11,336 nt of DNA from assembly GCA_027340875.1 (NCBI GenBank), contig DAIENX010000060.1, positions 1 through 11,336 on the forward strand, given 5' to 3'. This document shows, piece after piece, positions 1-6,018 of this stretch (position 1 is the stretch's first letter; every line of letters starts with the position of its first letter). A program made the position numbers and the translations under genes. The notes beneath the pieces were generated by a model. It saw only the letters and a program-made list of their open reading frames with translations. It was not told the origin of the DNA and made no database searches. Source of the stretch: Elusimicrobiota bacterium. GTDB lineage: Bacteria > Elusimicrobiota > Elusimicrobia > Elusimicrobiales > UBA9959.

Positions 1-1
1 T

Positions 2-538
2 GGTGCTGAGGCCCAGCGAGAACGTGAACATCAGCAGTCCGCCGGTAAGGACCGCCTTCTTCGCGGCGACGTATGCCAGAAGCGCGCCGAGCACGGGAGC
101 CGTGCAGGGCGAAGCGACCATGCCGGAGGTGAGGCCCATGACGAACGGGCCGAGGAAGGGGGACTTCTTCACCGATTCGGATGCTATACCGGGCAGGTTC
201 GGCATGGGGATGTAATACCAATCCATCATGCTGCCGCCGAGAAACAGCATCATCACCCCGAAGGCCAGGTACACCCAGTTGTTTGAGGCCACGGAGCCGA
301 ACAGCGTGCCGCTCAGCGCCGCAGCCAGGCCGAGGGACGTGTAGACCAGCGAAAGGCCGAGCACGTAGGAGATGCTCGCGGCCAGCCGACTGCCGACCCC
401 GCCTTCGCGGGAGCCGAGATATCCTACTACGATGGGGAGTATCGGGTAAACGCAGGGCGTAAGAGAGGTGAGCAGGCCGGAAACGTAGACGAGCGCGAAA
501 GTGACGATGGAGACCGACTCGAAGTTCAGCTGTGGCAT
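2..538 (-). CDS. ccdA: CcdA/DsbD-beta family transmembrane thiol:disulfide electron transporter (3' end runs off the window)
   Basis: Not in the ORF track; translated by hand. ATG at 538 follows SD AAGGAGAG (543-550). Protein MPQLNFESVSIVTFALVYVSGLLTSLTPCVYPILPIVVGYLG...GLTSGMVASPCTAPVLGALLAYVA... has both family Pro-Cys motifs (C29, codon 452-454; C145, codon 104-106) and hydrophobic helices. There is no N-terminal DsbD-alpha domain. A C-terminal thioredoxin domain cannot be excluded because the gene is truncated by the window edge. Confidence 0.9.
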   Translation of the reverse strand, partial: MPQLNFESVSIVTFALVYVSGLLTSLTPCVYPILPIVVGYLGSREGGVGSRLAASISYVLGLSLVYTSLGLAAALSGTLFGSVASNNWVYLAFGVMMLFLGGSMMDWYYIPMPNLPGIASESVKKSPFLGPFVMGLTSGMVASPCTAPVLGALLAYVAAKKAVLTGGLLMFTFSLGLST

Positions 539-1497
539 ATCTCTCTCCTTTCAAGTTCCAGTCCGGGCTTGAGACCGCAGTTGAGGACACGGCCGGAGGA
601 CAGTATCATTACGCCTCCGGCGTCGCGGCGCCGCCGCAGGAACGCCTCTCCCTCCTCGGGGCCCAGGGCCATCGCCGAGATGGAGCAGGCGTTGGCCAGC
701 GCCGCCGTGGACGCAGTCACCGTGACGCTGGCGACGCCGTCACGCACACGGCCGGTGCGGGCGTCGAGAACGTGGTGGTACTTCCTGCCGCCGTGTATGA
801 AGAACCTCTCGTAATCTCCGGAGGTCACTATGGCCCCGGAGCGGATGTCCAGAAAACCGGCGGCCCGGCCGTCGGAAGCGAAGGGATTGCGGATCGCCAC
901 CCTCCAGGGGCGCGGGGCCGCGGCGGAGGACGAGAGGCGGATGTCGCCGGCGCCGTCCACCAGGACATCCTCCAGTCCCAGGTCCCTGAGGACCCGGAAA
1001 GCGCGGTCGACGCCGTAACCCTTGCCTATGGAGCCGAGCCCTATGCGCATCCCTTTCTCCGGGAGGCGCACCGTGCAGGCCCTTCTGTCGAGCTCCACTT
1101 TCGCATGGTCTACCAGCCGCAGGGCCGCGTCCAGCGCACGGTCCGGCGGAGGGACTCCGGTGCGGAAGGCCTCCCGCCAGAGCATGCCCGCGGACGCGAA
1201 AGTGATATCAAAGGCTCCGGACGAGTCGCGGCACAACCCGAGAGCGAAGTTGAGAAGATCCACCAGCTCTCCCGGAACGGGCACGGGGGGGCCGCCGGCC
1301 CCGGAATTGACGCGGTTGAGAGGGCTGTCGCGGAAGTCCGTCAGCAGGTCCTCGACGCGCGCTATCTCCTGATAGGCCGTGGCTATGGCCGCCTGCAGCT
1401 CCTCGCTGGTCATGGCACGGCGGCCGGCGCCGGGGTAAGCCGTTATGCAGAACGGGGACCCCATCAGGTCGCGTTTTATAAAGACGGGCGGGGGCAT
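526..1497 (-). CDS. apbE: FAD:protein FMN transferase (ApbE/Ftp family), about 323 aa
   Basis: Motifs LMGS, S-L-RVN, GAFDIT, LGSIGKGYGVD, DGAGDI, PWRVAIRNP, TSGDYERFF, YHHVLDARTG, SVTV. Start moved from the track's 1905 to the ATG at 1497 (TGATG overlap with the upstream stop), because family similarity begins about 10 residues after it. Confidence 0.92.
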   Translation of the reverse strand: MPPPVFIKRDLMGSPFCITAYPGAGRRAMTSEELQAAIATAYQEIARVEDLLTDFRDSPLNRVNSGAGGPPVPVPGELVDLLNFALGLCRDSSGAFDITFASAGMLWREAFRTGVPPPDRALDAALRLVDHAKVELDRRACTVRLPEKGMRIGLGSIGKGYGVDRAFRVLRDLGLEDVLVDGAGDIRLSSSAAAPRPWRVAIRNPFASDGRAAGFLDIRSGAIVTSGDYERFFIHGGRKYHHVLDARTGRVRDGVASVTVTASTAALANACSISAMALGPEEGEAFLRRRRDAGGVMILSSGRVLNCGLKPGLELERREICHS

Positions 1498-2663
1498 CAG
1501 AATTTGGCCGTAAGCGACGCCTGGGCCACTGCCACGGACAGGCCGTCGGAGCGTTTGTAATAGAGCAGAGTGCCGCCGTACTCCCAGGCGGTCCTGCCCG
1601 GCTCGCCTTCCGGGGCGTAGGCCAGCTGCGCTGAGACCTCGTCGGCAGAGAACTTGGCCAGGTCCGAATCCGAGGTCATGTAGGTCTTCATCACCGGGAA
1701 GGAGCCCGCGTAATACCTGGCCGCCGTCTGTGAATAGCGCCTGTAACCCAGCTTGATCGTGCCTGCCTCGTCGGAGAAGGACCAGGCCAGCGAAGGTTCC
1801 CAGGTATGCGCGCGGATATTCCAGGTATCGGTGTAGTACCTGTAGTCCAGATGGAAGGCCAGTTTCCCGGAGAGGCTGCGCACGTAGCGTACGTTGGCGG
1901 TCCATTTCTCCCGGGCATCTGGCAGCTGCTCCGAGGCCCGCTGGGTGACGGTACCCGTGCTGACCGTGTTGCGCGTGCCCTCTAGGAAGCCGTTCTGCCT
2001 GGTGAAGCTGATCCCGGCCAGGGCTATGGACCTCTCGTCGAGTATCTGCGTCGCGCTGGCGTTGGCGGAATTCGTGGTCTTCGACTGGAAACCCGCGAAC
2101 TTGCCTTTCTGGATGTCCCAGGGGTTCGCCTCGTCCGAATAATGGAAGAGGCCGGCGGAGAGCACGAAGTTCTCCTCCGCCAGGAACTTCTGCACGTTCA
2201 GGCCGCCGTGGAGCGAGTTGTAGGACAGCTCGTGGGAGCCGCCCGCCGTGGGGGTGAACACCCAGGAGCCCTTGCGCTTCGAATAGCCGGCCTCCGCGCC
2301 CACGCGCGTCTGCCAGCCCTGGAGCAGGCCCTCTCCTCCGCCCTCGCCGTCCTCCCCGCCGCCAGTACCGCCGCGGGAGGCGCCGGTGCCGGAGTCGAAA
2401 GCCTTGGCGGAGGCCGAAGACAGCACGTCGAACACGGCGCTGCCGAAGACGCTGGTATCGTGGTCTATCTGGGAGTTGATGTACAGTACCGGTTCGTAGA
2501 GGGTGAGCGACTGGTCGCCGCTGCCGTCGTACACCTGCTTGCCTCCCTTGCCGGACTGATACATCGAGTTCACTACGAACTCCATGTCCGTGGAGGCCGA
2601 GGCGGCTTTTTCCAGACAGAGGGCGAGGACCGCGGCAAGCGCGAGCTTTCTAATTGCAGCCAC
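1497..2663 (-). CDS. DUF3570-like outer-membrane beta-barrel protein, predicted ApbE flavinylation substrate
   Basis: Signal peptide MAAIRKLALAAVLALCLEKAASA; D-VLSSAS and D-SGTGAS motifs; LP-REK, YRYYTDTWNIRAHT, YRRYSQTAARYY, TSDSDLAKF motifs typical of this family; C-terminal Phe beta-signal (LTAKF). GTG start with GGGAGG SD at 2669-2674. Lies between a GGGCGCN protein and apbE. Confidence 0.82.
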   Translation of the reverse strand: MAAIRKLALAAVLALCLEKAASASTDMEFVVNSMYQSGKGGKQVYDGSGDQSLTLYEPVLYINSQIDHDTSVFGSAVFDVLSSASAKAFDSGTGASRGGTGGGEDGEGGGEGLLQGWQTRVGAEAGYSKRKGSWVFTPTAGGSHELSYNSLHGGLNVQKFLAEENFVLSAGLFHYSDEANPWDIQKGKFAGFQSKTTNSANASATQILDERSIALAGISFTRQNGFLEGTRNTVSTGTVTQRASEQLPDAREKWTANVRYVRSLSGKLAFHLDYRYYTDTWNIRAHTWEPSLAWSFSDEAGTIKLGYRRYSQTAARYYAGSFPVMKTYMTSDSDLAKFSADEVSAQLAYAPEGEPGRTAWEYGGTLLYYKRSDGLSVAVAQASLTAKF

Positions 2664-2871
2664 AGCCGCCTCCCGCGCTCTGACCCACCCCGCCCGAAGC
2701 GCCTTCCCTTATGGAATGCACGTCGTTGATGAAGGCCTGCCGGCTCCCCGTCGGTTCGAACTGCATTATGCGGGTGGACAGGGTTTCCCGGTCTATCTGG
2801 TGCACCCTGACGCACGAACTGGCCAGCGCGGAGAGCGCGGCCAGAAAAGCAAGCTTCACATATGGCCCCAT
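2650..2871 (-). CDS. DUF4266-like small lipoprotein (73 aa) with C-terminal REGASGG...GGGCGCN
   Basis: ATG at 2871 follows GGAGG (2876-2880); lipobox-like LASS-C20; C-terminal signature EGASGGVGQSAGGGCGCN. The track's extension to 3132 crosses the promoter region and nadE and is not credible. Confidence 0.85.
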   Translation of the reverse strand: MGPYVKLAFLAALSALASSCVRVHQIDRETLSTRIMQFEPTGSRQAFINDVHSIREGASGGVGQSAGGGCGCN

Positions 2872-2906
2872 GTTGCCTCCACGGCAGCAAAAGATGAGAG
2901 GAAGGG

Positions 2907-2915
2907 ATTTTACCA
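2907..2915 (-). promoter_or_regulatory. Extended -10 promoter (TGnTAAAAT) for the leftward flavinylation operon
   Basis: Minus strand reads TGGTAAAAT, 35 nt upstream of the ATG at 2871; no convincing -35. Confidence 0.55.
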
Positions 2916-2938
2916 TAAACAGGCACCCTTCTGCCACT

Positions 2939-2967
2939 TTGCCGCCAAAGGACTTATTTTCTATACT
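2939..2967 (+). promoter_or_regulatory. sigma70-type promoter for the nadE operon
   Basis: TTGCCG (2939-2944), 17-nt spacer, TATACT (2962-2967), in an AT-rich intergenic region. Confidence 0.7.
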
Positions 2968-2981
2968 GGATTCATCCAGTA
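2964..2981. promoter_or_regulatory. Perfect inverted repeat TACTGGAT-TC-ATCCAGTA, candidate operator
   Basis: 8-bp arms with a 2-nt spacer, overlapping the -10 and the predicted TSS of the nadE promoter. The repeat is certain; the operator role is inference. Confidence 0.55.
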
Positions 2982-3004
2982 AGGCCCGGCCTGACATTGA
3001 ACAC

Positions 3005-4645
3005 ATGAAGATCGCGATTGCACAGATAAACCCCAAGGTAGGCGACATAGCCGGCAACCTCCGGCTGATCGAGGCTTTCGGCCACCGGGCACAGGCCGCC
3101 GGAGCCGACATCGCTGTTTTTCCCGAGCTCACGATAACCGGCTACCCTCCGCTGGACCTGTTGGAGAAGAAGTGGTTCATCGACTCTAACCTGCGCGCGC
3201 TCAGGGAGCTCGCGGCGCTGCGGCTCCGGACAGCGCTCGCCATAGGCTACGTGGACCGCAACCCGGCGAAGAAAGGCAAGCCGCTGCACAACGCCATCGC
3301 GCTGATAGACGGCGGCAGGATCGCCGCCAGGCGCTTCAAGTCCCTGCTCCCGACCTATGATATCTTCGACGAGGCGCGCTACTTCGAGCCCGCCGCGGAG
3401 AATAGGCCGCTGCAGTTCCGGGGGAAGACGATAGGACTGACTGTATGCGAGGACATCTGGGCCGACACCGCGCTGCTCCCGAGCCGTCTGCTTTACCGCA
3501 ACAATCCGGCCAGGACCCTCTGCGCGGGGAAAGCGTCGATAGTGATCAACAGTTCGGCCTCCCCGTTCTTCCGCGGCAAGAGCGCGTTGCGGCGCAGGAT
3601 ACTGTCCGGTCTGGCCAGGCGCACCCGCACCCACATAATCTACGCCAACCAGTTCGGGGCCAACGACGAGCTGATCTTCGACGGCAACAGCTTCGCGCTG
3701 ACGCCGGAGGGCACAGTAGCCTCCGCTGCCGCCTCCTTCTCCGAGGACCTGGTGCTGGTGGACACCGAGGCCAGACCCCTCCGGACCGCTGCCACTTCTC
3801 CGGACCCGGCAGCGGAGATACGCGACGCCCTCACGCTGGGCATCAGGGATTATTTCTCCAAGCTGGGTTTCAGGAAAGCCGTACTGGGCATCAGCGGCGG
3901 AATAGATTCGGCGGTGGTAGCGGCCCTGGCCGTAAGGGCGCTGGGAGCCGGCAACGTCACCGGCGTCATGATGCCGTCAGGTTACACCTCCCGCCGCAGC
4001 GTCAGGGACTCGGAAGAGCTCGCGAAGCGTCTCGGGATAGAGCTGCGCGTCATACCGATAACCTCCGTTTACCGCGCTTATCTCGATGAGCTGGGTCACG
4101 GCGGAAAAGACGTTTCGCTGGCGATGCAGAACCTGCAGGCGCGGTCGCGCGGCGCCATCCTGATGGCTCTTGCCAACGAACACGGCTGGCTTACCCTGGC
4201 CACCGGCAACAAGTCCGAGATAGCGGTCGGCTACTGCACCCTGTACGGCGACACCGTAGGCGCGCTGGCGCCTATCGCGGACCTGTTCAAGACCGAGGTC
4301 TACAGGCTGGCCGCCTGCCTTAACGAGGGGAGCCCGGTCATACCTGCCGCCATAATCTCCCGGGCGCCCAGCGCTGAGCTGAAGCCCTCACAGCGCGACC
4401 AGGACGATCTGCCGGTGTACGAAACGCTCGACGGCATCCTGCGTCTCTACCTTGAGGAGAACCGCTCTCCCGCGGAGATAGCAGCGCGCGGGTACCCGGG
4501 GGAGCTCGTCGCCTCGGTGCTGCGCCGTGTAGAGGCCAACGAGTACAAACGCAAGCAGCTGGCGGTGGCGCTGAAGGTCACCGAAAAATCGTTCGGCTAC
4601 GGCAGGAAAATGCCGATAGTGAAGTCGCTGGGCTTCCTGGAATAA
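3005..4645 (+). CDS. nadE: Glutamine-dependent NAD+ synthetase (546 aa)
   Basis: Starts MKIAIAQINPKVGD. Nitrilase-type triad motifs FPEL, KSLLPTYDIFDEARYF, VCEDIW; synthetase motifs LGISGGIDS, QNLQARSR, TGNKSEIAVGYCTLYGD, PSAEL, EYKRKQ. Start corrected from the track's 2711. Confidence 0.97.
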   Translation: MKIAIAQINPKVGDIAGNLRLIEAFGHRAQAAGADIAVFPELTITGYPPLDLLEKKWFIDSNLRALRELAALRLRTALAIGYVDRNPAKKGKPLHNAIALIDGGRIAARRFKSLLPTYDIFDEARYFEPAAENRPLQFRGKTIGLTVCEDIWADTALLPSRLLYRNNPARTLCAGKASIVINSSASPFFRGKSALRRRILSGLARRTRTHIIYANQFGANDELIFDGNSFALTPEGTVASAAASFSEDLVLVDTEARPLRTAATSPDPAAEIRDALTLGIRDYFSKLGFRKAVLGISGGIDSAVVAALAVRALGAGNVTGVMMPSGYTSRRSVRDSEELAKRLGIELRVIPITSVYRAYLDELGHGGKDVSLAMQNLQARSRGAILMALANEHGWLTLATGNKSEIAVGYCTLYGDTVGALAPIADLFKTEVYRLAACLNEGSPVIPAAIISRAPSAELKPSQRDQDDLPVYETLDGILRLYLEENRSPAEIAARGYPGELVASVLRRVEANEYKRKQLAVALKVTEKSFGYGRKMPIVKSLGFLE

Positions 4646-4646
4646 G

Positions 4647-6008
4647 ATGCGAAGGAGACCCTACCTGCTCCTGCTCGCAGTCCTGCTTCTGCTGCCGGCC
4701 GCAGCTCTGCCCCAGCAGCCCAAGCGTAAGAAGATGGTGAAGCCAGGCCCGAAAGCAAAGCAGGAGCTGGTAAAGCAGGAACCCACCACCAAGGAAGAGA
4801 TCATCAAAACGGCCGAACGTCCCACGCCGCCGAAGGAAGGCCTGCTCGGCCGCGTGCTCAACGCCATCACCATCGATACTGCCCGCGGCCCGATCATCCC
4901 GTTCCCGGTAGCCGATTCCAGCAAGGACCTGGGCCTCAGCGCCGGCGTAATGCCGGTGATAGCCCTAAAGAAGCGAAGGACCGGGGAGATAAAATCCGTC
5001 CTTGTCCCCTCGGTCACCTACAACGAGAACCTCCGCACCACGCTCACCTACAGACACTATGTCTTCCCCGACGACAAGCGCTACTTCATCTTCCGCGCCT
5101 CCAGGTCCGAAAGGGTTGAACGGGAGCTGATGGCGTACTACTACACCCCGCAGCTCTTCTCAACCGGGGCGCGCTTTAGTTTAGAGGCGAAGCACTGGGT
5201 CACCGGCAAGCCCTCCTTCTATGGCTACGGGATAAACTCCAAGCGGGGGGATAAGACGAACTACTCGCTGCAGACCACCGGCGAAGAGATAATACTCGAC
5301 ATCCCGCTGCTCTGGAACTTCTACTTCGATTTCGACCATACCTACTCGGACAAAAGGATCGGGGACGGCCCCGTCAGCAACGGACAGATGAAGGACCGCT
5401 TCCCGGCCGACTATTCCGTGGCCTCCGACCTGAAGACCTTCCACACCAATCGCTTCTCGCTGGTCTACGATGATACCGACCATCCTTTCCTCCCGAAAAT
5501 AGGCACCTACGCGAGCGCCTCGGTGCTCTATTCCAACAGGAAGCTAGGCTCGGACTACGAATACCTCACGTACGCGCTTCAGGTGAAGCACTACTACAAC
5601 TACCGCGGGAAAGGCCGGTACGTCACCGCGGCGCATTATCTGCTCCAGTTCCAGCGCGGCGACGCGCTCCCTTTCTACGCGATGCCGCAGCTGGGCGAGA
5701 GCACCGGCCTCCGGATGACCGGCGACGGCCGCTTCACCGACCGCGGGAAGTTCGTGTTCACCCTGGAGGAAAGGATCACCCTCTCGAAGACCCCTTTCTA
5801 CAAGTTCATAAGCGAGACCGAGATAGCGCCTTTCCTCGACGTAGGGACAGTATTCGCGCGCCCCTCCGACCTGCGGGCCCGCGACCTCAAATACGGGCCC
5901 GGTATCTCGGCCAGGCTGGTGATCCGTCCGCAGCTGGTCGCCACGGTCGACTTCGCCTACGGGTCGGAAGGGACCAACGCGATAATCCGGATAGGGTATC
6001 CTTTCTGA
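4647..6008 (+). CDS. Omp85/BamA/TamA-superfamily (surface antigen D15-type) beta-barrel protein without POTRA domains
   Basis: Signal peptide MRRRPYLLLLAVLLLLPAAA; FYGYG, YDDTDHPFLPKIG (YDxRD...P..G-like), PFYAMPQLG...LR...GRF.D, PFLDVGTVF, GPGISAR, VDFAYG, C-terminal IRIGYPF. Confidence 0.8.
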   Translation: MRRRPYLLLLAVLLLLPAAALPQQPKRKKMVKPGPKAKQELVKQEPTTKEEIIKTAERPTPPKEGLLGRVLNAITIDTARGPIIPFPVADSSKDLGLSAGVMPVIALKKRRTGEIKSVLVPSVTYNENLRTTLTYRHYVFPDDKRYFIFRASRSERVERELMAYYYTPQLFSTGARFSLEAKHWVTGKPSFYGYGINSKRGDKTNYSLQTTGEEIILDIPLLWNFYFDFDHTYSDKRIGDGPVSNGQMKDRFPADYSVASDLKTFHTNRFSLVYDDTDHPFLPKIGTYASASVLYSNRKLGSDYEYLTYALQVKHYYNYRGKGRYVTAAHYLLQFQRGDALPFYAMPQLGESTGLRMTGDGRFTDRGKFVFTLEERITLSKTPFYKFISETEIAPFLDVGTVFARPSDLRARDLKYGPGISARLVIRPQLVATVDFAYGSEGTNAIIRIGYPF

Positions 6009-6018
6009 GACGGACCGC

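Noticed and set aside
532..1560. 342-aa plus-strand ORF antisense to apbE, and similar antisense ORFs over glyS and nadE
   Set aside because: Codon-mirror artefacts of high-GC coding sequence; no recognisable domains.
1498..1905. 136-codon N-terminal extension of ApbE in the ORF track, or a frameshift fusion of the barrel to ApbE
   Set aside because: It overlaps the barrel gene in a frame that is commonly stop-free in GC-rich genes. It has no ApbE-like or signal-like sequence, and I noticed no slippery site. The TGATG junction gives a simpler start.
2921..2936. sigma54-like TGGCAG...TGC on the minus strand
   Set aside because: GG-to-GC spacing is 9 nt rather than the required 10.
2964..2981. 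LexA/SOS box interpretation of the palindrome
   Set aside because: TACTG...CAGTA ends match, but spacing is CTG-N8-CAG rather than N10; kept only as an unassigned operator.
2711..3004. 98-aa N-terminal extension of NadE, and the 2872-3132 extension of the lipoprotein
   Set aside because: Both cross the promoter region and the opposite-strand gene; family similarity starts at 3005 and 2871 respectively.
2997..3008. Mini-ORF TTG-AAC-ACA-TGA overlapping the nadE ATG, which itself lacks a clear SD
   Set aside because: Weak start codon with only a distant TAAGG; easily arises by chance.
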